In this document: positions 49,931 through 59,421 of the stretch, in pieces | Layout: each line of letters opens with the position of its first letter | How positions within the stretch are numbered: position 1 is the stretch's first letter | Assembly: GCA_027493955.1 (NCBI GenBank) | Contig: JAOSJT010000001.1 | Location: 3,960,586 to 4,024,585, forward strand | DNA length: 64,000 nucleotides | DNA from: Bacteroidia bacterium | GTDB lineage: Bacteria; Bacteroidota; Ignavibacteria; SZUA-365 | Reading direction: 5' to 3' | Program-made: the position numbers and the translations under genes | The notes under the pieces: generated by a model | Seen by the model: only the letters and a program-made list of their open reading frames with translations | Database searches by the model: none | What the model was told of the DNA's origin: nothing

Positions 49931-52900
49931 GTGAAAGAGGTTATGGCTACATTCTACCGAATCCTCGCTGTTTTCGCCTGTCTGCTCGCTGTTTCGACAT
50001 CCCTGCACTCACAAACGGGCTCCTGGTCTCCGCAATTCATCCCCCCGACGCAACCGATGTTGTACGACATCGACATGCATCCGAGCGGGTTCGGCCTTGC
50101 CGTCGGCAAATCCGATATCAACGCGAGCACCGGTGCGTTTTACTCCGGCGTGTTGATGACGGTTGATTTCGGCAATAATTGGGCACAGGTGGAGAACATG
50201 GTCCCGCGCTTCGATCCGGAGTTGCCGGATTATGCGCTGTGGCGCGCCGTGTTCATTCTGAATGAACAGGTGGCAGTTATCGTAGGCGATAGCGGCCTGG
50301 TGTATCGCACCAAAGATGGCGGATTTTCCTGGACCAATGACTCCGTGGTTTTCAATCCGGATTTTGCCGCTCGCCCGACGCTGCGCGATGTGGTACTGAT
50401 CAGTGAACGCGTCGGGTACATTGTGGGCGGCGACGTGCTGACGACCCTTCCGATCAATTCGGAGTTGCATCCCAATCAGGTCTTCCGCACGGACGACGGG
50501 AAAATCTGGTATGACAGATCCCCGACGCTGCAACAGACACAAAATCTATCGGCCGCGCTCAACGCGTGCGCCTATTCCGGCGGAACGCTGTTCATTGCCG
50601 GCGAGGTCGGCATGTTGTTGATGGACAACGGCACGGGATATCAGCGAATGAGTATCGTCAGTTCTCCGGCGTTTTACCGGCACATGTATACCGACATTGA
50701 TGCCGTCAGCCAGAACGAAATATTCGTCGTTGGCTATGACGATGTCAGCAACACGCCACTCGCCTACAGGAGTATCAGGGATCTCTCACGCTTTTCCAGC
50801 ATCGTTCCGGGCAACATCGCTTTCGGCGTAAGACGCATTCCCGCGGTGGATTTTCTGCACCCCAGCTACGGTTGGCTGGGTGCGGCACAATACTACACCG
50901 GCATGACCAATGACGGATGCGCATCCTGGACAACGTTCAATGTTCCGGGTAGTTCGGTGCAGAGCGATATGACAGCGATAGATTTCACCGACGAACTGAA
51001 TGGTTGGGCCTGTGGTGGTGACGAAGCCAGCAACAGTGGTTGGGTGATCCGTTTCAGTGGGTCGCCTCCGAGGGCAAATATTTCGATTTCGGACAAGGAA
51101 GTTGATTTCGGGACTATCGAATGTGAAAATTCGGTGGAAGCCAACGTATACATTCGAAACACCGGAACCGGTGATCTCTGGTTACCGATGAACAGTGTGT
51201 TCTTCACCGATCCGGGTTTGAAGGTCATCAATCCTGCTCCTACGGCATTCCCTGTGGTCGTAAAACCCGGAAAGCAAGTCATTTTGCGGGTGCGTTGGAC
51301 CATGGGCAGAAACGTGTTCGGAAATGCGACCGCGACGATGACGATCTGGCACAATGATCCCGATCATAATCCCTGGACTGTTACGCTCAAAGTCAAGCGC
51401 AACTACGGTGCACTCGATTTTCTCCCGGAAATGCAGTTGTCGTACGGGACCTGTCTGAAAGATACAGTGTACTTCCCGACGGTCATCCCTGCGGTCGGTA
51501 ACCGTACCCCGACGTTCATTTCGTGGAAGTATGTGAGCGGACACAATGATTTTGCCATTGTCGCCCCGGATCCGGGCACGCAGGTCCCCACATCGATCGG
51601 TGTGAATTTCCGTTTTGCGCCGAGTGACACCGGCATGCGCCGCGGTGTGTACAGCGTGGTTCACGGAAACCCCGCCTGTCCGGACACGTCACAGATAGTC
51701 CTTACGGGCTTCGGCCAGCGGACGATACTTCGTGCTTCAGTGGACACGATCAATTTCGGCGAGGTGTGCGTGGGCGCACAGAAGGACACATCCATCATTC
51801 TGCGGAGTTTCGGAAACACCTTCGTTTCCGGCGGTCTGATCGAGCATGTCAGCGGAGATCCGCTGTTCGGTTCTCCCGACTGGGGAGTGTTTCTAAAACA
51901 GGATAGCGCGAAAGTGTTCCGGCTCCATTTCTCGCCCTTCAAGGCAGGCAGTTTCACCGCGCGATACCGCATAATTTCCGGTCCCTGTCCGGACACGTTG
52001 TATCTGACGTTCCGCGGGCGTGGTATCGAAACCAAACTCGAAATCACTCCGAAGAGCCCGATACAGCTCGGACCCATTTTCGTGAATCGCGTGACTACGC
52101 GCGACGTGACGATTACCAATGTCGGCACAACCAACGCGCGCATAACGGAAGTACGACTGCTCACTACAGATCCGACGTTGCAGATAATGGTCCCGCCTGC
52201 GCTACCGCGCTCGTTGACTCCGTCTCAAACTCTCGGAATCACCCTCCGTTTCGCGCCAAATAAGCTCGGTGAAATTCGCACCCGTCTGTTGGTACGCTGG
52301 GATTCGCGATGCGCTGACACGATTGACGCGGAGGTGAATGCGATATGCGTACCAAATCCGGAAATCGAAGCGCCACAGAACGCGGATCTCGGGGTACAGC
52401 GCTGTCCGCAACCCTTGCGTGATACGGTGTGGATTAAGAATAAGGGCAACGGACCACTGGTGTTCTATAGCACCACGGTGACGGGGGTGGACAGGCAGCA
52501 TTTCACCATCATTCAGCCGAAGATCAATGACACGGCGAAAGCGATGAGCGACTATCCGATTATCGTGGAATTCAACCGCCCCGATCCCGGCCGCTCGAAT
52601 GCCATACTTCGTTTTACTCACAACGATATTGATGCCGGTCGTACCGACATCGACGTGACGGCTGAACGTACCGTTGCGCATTTCGTGGTTGAAGGGGATT
52701 CGTCCACCGCATTCTTCACGCGTCTCTTTGTCGAAGAGTCGCGCACCTTTATCGTTCGCAACACCAGTCTGCAACCGATGTCGGTGACGGATATCACCGT
52801 CGTCGAAGAAGCGGCAGTGTTCAGTGCGCAACCGACACGGGCCCTCCCGATTGCGCTGGCCCCGGGTGACACCATGTCGTTCAGAGTCGTTTTCACACCG

Positions 52901-55900
52901 GACGCACGCGGTCCGTTCAACGGTGTCGTTCTGATCATGGGTACTCCTTGTGAATACAGCATCGCCCTTGGTCTTAAGGGTTCCGGCGATACGGACGGTC
53001 TCAGCACCGACAGAGGGAATCTCGCCTTCACCCTTGACCCCTGCAGCTACACCAATGCCTGTCAAAACATCGTCCTCAAGAATCAGGCGCCGGAAGCGGT
53101 GCTCGTCAGTTCACTGATCATCGTGCAGTCCGGGACGGTGTTTTCCATCGATCCGGCCGTAAGCACGCCATTCAATATCGGTCCCAACGGTGAACGCACC
53201 GTGCGTATCTGCGCCTCGCCGGAGGCCATCGGCTCGAGAACCGGGACGCTGCAGATCCACAGCAACGATCCCGCCTATCCTCTGCTCAACGTGGCCTTGA
53301 CCAGCAAGCGTGATTCTTCAGCCATCACCGTTTCTGTAACCGACATAGACTTCGGGCGGAGCGCGGTATGTCAGAACGTTGCGCCGCGCCGCGTGACCAT
53401 TACCAACACCGGTACACTGCCGGAAACAGTTACTCCGGCACTTCTCAACGGAGGGACGGCCTTCTCCATTTCCATGGCCGGTCCCGAGGTTATTCAACCG
53501 GGTAAGTCGTATACCTTCGACGTCGTGTATCTCCGTCCTACGTATGGGACGCACAACGATATCATTGAACTGCGGACAACGCGGTGCCAGACGGTGTTCC
53601 GGATACCACTTAGCGGCGAGTACGTGGAGCAGACCTATTTCGCGGCGCCGAATCCTGTCGTTTTCCCGACGGTGAATGTCGGTGGTGTCTCCACCCGACA
53701 ACTCACCTTGCAGAACAATGGCGGTTTCGATGCGACGATCGGCGGAGTAACCATCTCTCCCGCCGGGCCGTTCACCATCCAGGGTTCCGCACCGACGAGC
53801 GTCTCCGCGGGAGGCACAGCGAACATTTCTCTGCGCTTCAATCCTGCGTCCGAAGGTCCTGCAACCGCGACCGTGTGTGTGTACATCACGTCGCCCTGCC
53901 CCGACACCATTTGTGTGCGGCTCGACGGCGAAGCCGTGAAAGGAACGCTCGAGTTGCATCCGGCGCTGCTTGCCTTCAACACACTCGCGCAGTGCGAGGA
54001 GGAAGTTCTGGACGACACGCTGATCAATACCGGCAGCGGACCGATCACCATTTTGTCCGCTTCCATTAACGGTCCCGGCCAGGCGGCCTTCACAAACCTG
54101 ACACCGGTACCCGGCGCGGGTGAAGTTGTGCCTCCCGCAGGGAAGCGCATCTTCTCTATCCGCTACAATGCCGCGAATGCTCCCGCTGACGGCGCGGTGA
54201 ATGCGAATCTGCAAATACGCACAGACGATATTGTGTTGCCGCAGTTTGATATACCTCTTGAAGCCGGACGTGTTACCCAGATCGCTGACGCAGGCGGTGC
54301 CGTCGACTTCGGAATTGTTGAAGTCAGTCAGCCCGAACAGCGTACCATCACGTTGCGAAACAACGGCACTGTACGGCTCTGCTATGAAACCGTCTCGCTG
54401 CCCTCGCAAGTGACGCTTTCACCTTCGTTACCGATTTGCATTGATCCCGGCAGGACGGTAGACGTTACGCTGACCTACACGTCGGCGGCGCCGGGAAGCT
54501 TTGCTGGTACGGCAGTGCTTCGCATCCCGACACCGTGTGCGGACAGTACGGTATTCCAGCTTTCCGCCACGTCGCAGGAGGGCTCCCTGGTTCAGACAGA
54601 TACCGTGCGTCTCGCCCCGGCCCCCTGGTGCGATGATGCAACGTTCAGTTTCACGGCCAGGAGCAGCTATCTTGAAACCGTTTCACTTACGGGCATGCGT
54701 CTCGAGGGTGCGGATGCGGCGTTCTTCTCCATCGTGAGTCCCTCACCGTCGTCGCTCCCGCGCAATATCACATCGGGCGGAACCGAGCAGTTCGTCGTGG
54801 AATTGATCCCCGACCAACGCAATAAGGTGTATATCGCGACGTTCGTCGCCGATTACACCGCGTTCGGTCAGCCGGTGCAGCGCAGGACGGTGTTGATTGC
54901 GGAAGCTGTCGTTCCCTCGCTGAGCGTGGAAAGTGCGAATTTCCCCGCAACCGTGCTGGGTCAGTCCGGCGGCACACAGACCATACGAATCCGCAATACC
55001 AGTGCGCTTCCTTTGAACGTCAGTCAGATTCTCCTTGCGGATCCGTCGTTCATCGTACGCTCCCAGACGCCGACTCCCCCTGCGACTCTCCAGCCCAACG
55101 GCGAGATGACGGTGACCATCGAGTTCATACCGCAGGTAACCGGTTCACTCCTTGACAGCCTTGTCGTGGTTTCGCAGCTTCCCTGTGCCTTCAGGGCCAG
55201 CGGCTTGCTGAACGGCGAAGGCATACCGCAACCCATCGTCGACGCAACGATCACTATCGGTGCCATCTCCGGCGAGGTGGATCAGGTGATAGATGTTCCG
55301 GTGCTCGTGGATAAGTCACTGGGCGGTGCCGATGTGGGCGGCTGGACCGCAACGTTGACGTTCAACCGCAGCATGCTGTATCCGCTCGCCCTAGTCACCG
55401 AAGGCACGCCGAGCGCCGGTCTGACTCCGAATCTGTCCTGGGATTACGCCAACAGCACTGTAAGCTTCGGCGTGACAGGCAGTGGTCCACTCATGGCAGC
55501 CGGGACGGGACCGATAGCCTGGCTCCGTTGCCGTGTACTTGTGGGCGATGCGCAGACCACTGCTCTGACGCTGACGAGTTTCAGTTTCACCAGCGGATAT
55601 GCCAGAGTAGCGGGCAGGGTGAACGGAAGCTTCGAACTGCTCAATTACTGTATGCCCGACGAACGGCTGCTCCGCGACAGGGCGGGATTCCGTATCTCGC
55701 AAAGCATACCCAATCCCGTGTCTCAGACGGGTCACGGCCGCGCAAGCGTCAGCTTCGTGTTGCCGAGCGAAGAGCGCGTGACCCTGTTCATCTATGATCA
55801 GATCGGACGGCAAGTTCGAGAGCAGGACTTCGGGGTGATGCCCGCCGGGACCCATTCGACCTTCCTTGGTGTCAGCGATTTGCGTCCGGGCGTGTACCAC

Positions 55901-55957
55901 TACGTTCTGCGGACCGCACGGCACACCGCTGTTCGTTCCATGGTTGTGATCGAGTAA
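49931..55957 (+). CDS. giant (2008 aa) T9SS-secreted adhesin-like protein: N-terminal BNR/Ycf48-like region, more than 12 tandem Ig-like domains, a cohesin-like domain, C-terminal Por CTD
   Basis: Signal peptide MATFYRILAVFACLLAVSTSLHSQ. Repeated roughly 100-aa modules of the form DFG.V..G....T..I.N.G...L.I. C-terminal ISQSIPNPVSQTGHGRASVSFVLP...GVYHYVLRTA. Confidence 0.7.
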   Translation: MKEVMATFYRILAVFACLLAVSTSLHSQTGSWSPQFIPPTQPMLYDIDMHPSGFGLAVGKSDINASTGAFYSGVLMTVDFGNNWAQVENMVPRFDPELPDYALWRAVFILNEQVAVIVGDSGLVYRTKDGGFSWTNDSVVFNPDFAARPTLRDVVLISERVGYIVGGDVLTTLPINSELHPNQVFRTDDGKIWYDRSPTLQQTQNLSAALNACAYSGGTLFIAGEVGMLLMDNGTGYQRMSIVSSPAFYRHMYTDIDAVSQNEIFVVGYDDVSNTPLAYRSIRDLSRFSSIVPGNIAFGVRRIPAVDFLHPSYGWLGAAQYYTGMTNDGCASWTTFNVPGSSVQSDMTAIDFTDELNGWACGGDEASNSGWVIRFSGSPPRANISISDKEVDFGTIECENSVEANVYIRNTGTGDLWLPMNSVFFTDPGLKVINPAPTAFPVVVKPGKQVILRVRWTMGRNVFGNATATMTIWHNDPDHNPWTVTLKVKRNYGALDFLPEMQLSYGTCLKDTVYFPTVIPAVGNRTPTFISWKYVSGHNDFAIVAPDPGTQVPTSIGVNFRFAPSDTGMRRGVYSVVHGNPACPDTSQIVLTGFGQRTILRASVDTINFGEVCVGAQKDTSIILRSFGNTFVSGGLIEHVSGDPLFGSPDWGVFLKQDSAKVFRLHFSPFKAGSFTARYRIISGPCPDTLYLTFRGRGIETKLEITPKSPIQLGPIFVNRVTTRDVTITNVGTTNARITEVRLLTTDPTLQIMVPPALPRSLTPSQTLGITLRFAPNKLGEIRTRLLVRWDSRCADTIDAEVNAICVPNPEIEAPQNADLGVQRCPQPLRDTVWIKNKGNGPLVFYSTTVTGVDRQHFTIIQPKINDTAKAMSDYPIIVEFNRPDPGRSNAILRFTHNDIDAGRTDIDVTAERTVAHFVVEGDSSTAFFTRLFVEESRTFIVRNTSLQPMSVTDITVVEEAAVFSAQPTRALPIALAPGDTMSFRVVFTPDARGPFNGVVLIMGTPCEYSIALGLKGSGDTDGLSTDRGNLAFTLDPCSYTNACQNIVLKNQAPEAVLVSSLIIVQSGTVFSIDPAVSTPFNIGPNGERTVRICASPEAIGSRTGTLQIHSNDPAYPLLNVALTSKRDSSAITVSVTDIDFGRSAVCQNVAPRRVTITNTGTLPETVTPALLNGGTAFSISMAGPEVIQPGKSYTFDVVYLRPTYGTHNDIIELRTTRCQTVFRIPLSGEYVEQTYFAAPNPVVFPTVNVGGVSTRQLTLQNNGGFDATIGGVTISPAGPFTIQGSAPTSVSAGGTANISLRFNPASEGPATATVCVYITSPCPDTICVRLDGEAVKGTLELHPALLAFNTLAQCEEEVLDDTLINTGSGPITILSASINGPGQAAFTNLTPVPGAGEVVPPAGKRIFSIRYNAANAPADGAVNANLQIRTDDIVLPQFDIPLEAGRVTQIADAGGAVDFGIVEVSQPEQRTITLRNNGTVRLCYETVSLPSQVTLSPSLPICIDPGRTVDVTLTYTSAAPGSFAGTAVLRIPTPCADSTVFQLSATSQEGSLVQTDTVRLAPAPWCDDATFSFTARSSYLETVSLTGMRLEGADAAFFSIVSPSPSSLPRNITSGGTEQFVVELIPDQRNKVYIATFVADYTAFGQPVQRRTVLIAEAVVPSLSVESANFPATVLGQSGGTQTIRIRNTSALPLNVSQILLADPSFIVRSQTPTPPATLQPNGEMTVTIEFIPQVTGSLLDSLVVVSQLPCAFRASGLLNGEGIPQPIVDATITIGAISGEVDQVIDVPVLVDKSLGGADVGGWTATLTFNRSMLYPLALVTEGTPSAGLTPNLSWDYANSTVSFGVTGSGPLMAAGTGPIAWLRCRVLVGDAQTTALTLTSFSFTSGYARVAGRVNGSFELLNYCMPDERLLRDRAGFRISQSIPNPVSQTGHGRASVSFVLPSEERVTLFIYDQIGRQVREQDFGVMPAGTHSTFLGVSDLRPGVYHYVLRTARHTAVRSMVVIE

Positions 55958-55978
55958 ACTGCTTTCTCGCGACATTTC

Positions 55979-56013
55979 CAGCGGCCTGGTATCACATCGA
56001 TGCCAGGCCGCTG
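55979..56013 (+). terminator. 11-bp perfect stem hairpin (CAGCGGCCTGG / CCAGGCCGCTG) after the giant gene; no U-tract
   Basis: Read directly from the sequence. Confidence 0.4.
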
Positions 56014-56218
56014 TCGTGATGTACGACGTACGATTTATGGTGGAGGGTGAAGGGTAAAGGGTGAAGAGCCCGAAGTGCGAAGCTTCCTCTACCCCCAGCT
56101 TCAGCTGGGAGGCACGAGCACACACCACTGGGTACATACAGGCGGACGACAATTACACTATTCCACAACGTCAGTGGGGGGGGGGCGCCCATTTCTCCTG
56201 CCGGCAAGGTCGTTCTCT

Positions 56219-56956
56219 TTACCTGCGACCACGCTCCCCGTGTTTGCGCGAAAGGCGTGAAGCAGAACGGTTCTCACTTTCGGGACGCGGACCCACAATG
56301 ATGACGAATTCACGTTTTTTTCCCTCCGCCGCGAATCGCGTATACAGCGCATGAAGTGTACCGCGGGCAACGAGTTGTGAGGGAAGCGTGAGATCACAAG
56401 CGATGCACGCCTCGCGTGTGGGTCCCAATTGCGTCCGCATATCCTCGAGCACCTGTGTCAAACGGTAAGGAGCATCCAGAAACACCAACGGTATCGTCAT
56501 ACTGCGGAGCTTTGCCAGCTCATCCCTCCGAAGCGATTTTTTGGGGGAGAGGAAACCATAGAAGAGAAATCGCTGCGCATTGAAGCCGGAAACAGCCAAA
56601 GCCGCTGTCAGGGAATCGGGGCCCGGGACGACATCCACGACTATTCCAGCATCGAGAGCGGCAGAGACGAGGCTGCTTCCGGGATCAGCGAACACCGGCA
56701 TGCCGCAATCCGAGATGAGGGCGACTGTTTTTCCACCCCGCAATTCTTCCAAAACCTCCTCCGCCGCGTCTCTCTCGGTGTGCTCGTTGACTTCGATGAG
56801 ATCTTTCAACATTCCGTGTCGCGACAACAGGCGACGCGCAACCGGAGCTTCTTCGCAAGCGATGAGATCAGCATCGCGAAGCGCCGTCACAGCGCGGGGA
56901 GAAATGTCCTCCGCATGCCCGATGGGAGTACCCACAATCACAAGGATGCCGCTCAT
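56219..56956 (-). CDS. rsmI: 16S rRNA (cytidine1402-2'-O)-methyltransferase RsmI (tetrapyrrole-methylase fold)
   Basis: IVGTPIGHAEDISPRAV..LRDADLIACE and SDCGMPVFADPG...VPGPDSLTAAL..SGF...F.F.GFLSPK match RsmI throughout. Confidence 0.75.
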   Translation of the reverse strand: MSGILVIVGTPIGHAEDISPRAVTALRDADLIACEEAPVARRLLSRHGMLKDLIEVNEHTERDAAEEVLEELRGGKTVALISDCGMPVFADPGSSLVSAALDAGIVVDVVPGPDSLTAALAVSGFNAQRFLFYGFLSPKKSLRRDELAKLRSMTIPLVFLDAPYRLTQVLEDMRTQLGPTREACIACDLTLPSQLVARGTLHALYTRFAAEGKKREFVIIVGPRPESENRSASRLSRKHGERGRR

Positions 56957-57651
56957 CGCCTCTCCAGCTTGCGCTCACGTTCGATGAGTATCGCTTCGGC
57001 GAGCAGAAGATCCTCCGGTTCGGTGATTTTCAGATTACTCGCGGAACCCGCTACGACGTGAACCTGCACCCCGATGCGTTCGAGTAACGACACATCGTCC
57101 GTTGCCGCGAAATCGTCGCGGATCGCAGCGGTGAACGCCTCACGAAACACACCGGCACGCGCACCCTGCGGCGTCTGTGCCTGCCAAATCATCGCGCGGT
57201 CCACCGTTTCGCTGATCACACCAGCTTCGACGCGCTTTAGTGTATCCCGCGCAGGTATGGCCAGGACGGCCGCACCATGTCGTGCGACGGCGTCAACAAC
57301 ACCTGCGATGTGGTTTCGCTTCACACAGGGACGGGCAGCATCGTGGACGAGGACGATTTCCCTGTCATTTTCCACGGCGGAAAGGGCTTTCTCGACGGAG
57401 TCCTGTCGGCGTTCCCCGCCCAGTACGATGTCAATGTTCGCACGCCAGCTGCGATTTCCGAGCACCGCGCGGATCTTTTCTCTGTCGTCCGTTGCGATGA
57501 TGATGCGTCGGCATTCCTCAATCGCGTCGAAGGCCACAAGAGTATGAAACAGAACGGGGGCCCCTGCAACTTGCAGGTATTGCTTCGGCGCATCGGATTT
57601 CATTCTGCTTCCGCTGCCGGCAGCAGGAATACAGACAGTAAATCGGTGCAT
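56953..57651 (-). CDS. ispD: 2-C-methyl-D-erythritol 4-phosphate cytidylyltransferase
   Basis: IPAAGSGSRM...PKQYL N-terminus and a VLVHDAARP motif. Overlaps rsmI by 4 nt. Confidence 0.85.
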   Translation of the reverse strand: MHRFTVCIPAAGSGSRMKSDAPKQYLQVAGAPVLFHTLVAFDAIEECRRIIIATDDREKIRAVLGNRSWRANIDIVLGGERRQDSVEKALSAVENDREIVLVHDAARPCVKRNHIAGVVDAVARHGAAVLAIPARDTLKRVEAGVISETVDRAMIWQAQTPQGARAGVFREAFTAAIRDDFAATDDVSLLERIGVQVHVVAGSASNLKITEPEDLLLAEAILIERERKLERR

Positions 57652-57823
57652 GATTCAATTCTCTCCGTCGGTGAAATGTGCAGATAGTCGTGATTGTCAA
57701 GGATGGCGCAGCGATATGCGTGTATGCACTCCCGACTCGCCGCCACGGCACAATACTGCCGGAGCGCATAATAACACAGGCGAAGCCGAGACTCCGCCTG
57801 TCATGTTCTGCGTCACTGCGATA

Positions 57824-58858
57824 TCAGATGATCATCATCGCATCGCCGTAACTGAACAGTCGATACTTATCCTTCACTGCCTTTTTATATGCCTTCATCA
57901 TGAGGTCGTAATCCGAAAAGGCGGCGACCATCATGAGCAAGGTGGACTTCGGCATGTGGAAATTGGTGATCAGTTTATCCGTGATCTTGAAATCGTAGGG
58001 CGGATAAATGAATTTGTCCGTCCATCCGCGGGCGGGTGAAAGCTGCCGCATGGTAGTAACACTCGATTCCAGAGCACGGACGGTACTGGTGCCGACAACG
58101 ACGATGCTTTTCTTTGCGTCTTTTGCCTTGTTTACCGCGGAGCAGGCTTCAGGCGGAATTTCGTAATACTCGGAGTCCATCTTATGCTTCGTCAAGTCTT
58201 CAACTTCCACGGGACGGAAGGTGCCGTGCCCGATATGCAACAGGACAGAGGTAATGGAGACACCTTTTTTCTTCATTTTTCCGAGCAGCCGCTTCGTGAA
58301 ATGAAGTCCGGCCGTGGGGGCGGCCACCGCGCCGACCTGGCGGGCGTACACTGTCTGATAATGCTCCTTGTCGGCTTCTTCCGGCTCCCGTTTGATGTAC
58401 GGAGGCAGCGGTGTCTGGCCGACGATATCGATGAGCTTGAACAAATCGCCCTGATAGTTGAAGCGCACGGTGCGTCCGCGAGACGTGGTGTTGTCGATGA
58501 CCTCGCACATGAGCTTGTCGGAGAAATAGATTTTGTTTCCGATGCGCACCTTACGGGCAGGGTCCACGATCACGTCCCAGAGGCGCTCATCCTTACTCAA
58601 CTCACGAAGGAGGAAGACCTCGATTTTGGCGTTGGTCTTTTCCTTCCTGCCGATCAGCCGCGCGGGAAATACTTTCGTGTCGTTGAGAACGAGGCAGTCG
58701 CCTTTCTTGAAATACTCATGAATATCGGAAAAAAGCCGGTGCTCAATATCGCCGGTGCTGCGATGCACCACCATGAGTCGCGATTGGTCGCGTTCCTCGA
58801 CGGGGTACTTGGCGATGAGTCCCTTGGGAAATGCGTAGTCGAAATCGGAAAGTTTCAT
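57824..58858 (-). CDS. queA: S-adenosylmethionine:tRNA ribosyltransferase-isomerase
   Basis: [14 protein letters not shown]...RD.SRLMV N-terminus and GTTS.R.LE motifs, 344 aa. Confidence 0.9.
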   Translation of the reverse strand: MKLSDFDYAFPKGLIAKYPVEERDQSRLMVVHRSTGDIEHRLFSDIHEYFKKGDCLVLNDTKVFPARLIGRKEKTNAKIEVFLLRELSKDERLWDVIVDPARKVRIGNKIYFSDKLMCEVIDNTTSRGRTVRFNYQGDLFKLIDIVGQTPLPPYIKREPEEADKEHYQTVYARQVGAVAAPTAGLHFTKRLLGKMKKKGVSITSVLLHIGHGTFRPVEVEDLTKHKMDSEYYEIPPEACSAVNKAKDAKKSIVVVGTSTVRALESSVTTMRQLSPARGWTDKFIYPPYDFKITDKLITNFHMPKSTLLMMVAAFSDYDLMMKAYKKAVKDKYRLFSYGDAMMII

Positions 58859-59421
58859 AAAATCCAGACCTGGATAAATGTATGATAATCAGGCGCGGGT
58901 CGTCCGGAGTACCATTCTTCCGGAAAAAACGCCATTTTTTGCGCTTTGCCGCCGCGTTCGACAAAATACGGAAAAAAAGAAGGGAAATCAACCGGATGTT
59001 GCATCTGAGCTGGAAAAACCCATATTTTACACGGTTATGGCTTCGGGAGGGCATCGTTTTTTACCCGGGTCTGCGGTATTTCCTCCATTCCACCGCCGCC
59101 GCTTCCGCGCTGCCGGCGCGAAAGTGACGCGGAGGGATAATTACCGTCGTTGCGGCCATGGACCCTGCCGTACGGAGCGGATCGAAAGGACGCTACAGGC
59201 AAAGAGCAAACCGCACCCATTCCGGGCCTCCGGCGCCGTCTCGCCCTCCGTTCTCTTCCCGGCTCATTGCCGCCATGCCCCATCCGATCTCCGGGACCAT
59301 GAAGCACGAAGCGTCCTCCCGCTGATGGAAAAACACGGATCTTTCTTATCTTTCAGGACGGACCGGTCTGCTTTCATGCCGTCCATCCATCGTATCAGAC
59401 ACAGCACATTCGGAGAGCGAC

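Noticed and set aside
50009-54409. Several 150-360-aa minus-strand ORFs inside the giant gene
   Set aside because: All lie antisense within the 2008-aa ORF, which has a coherent signal peptide, repeat architecture and CTD.
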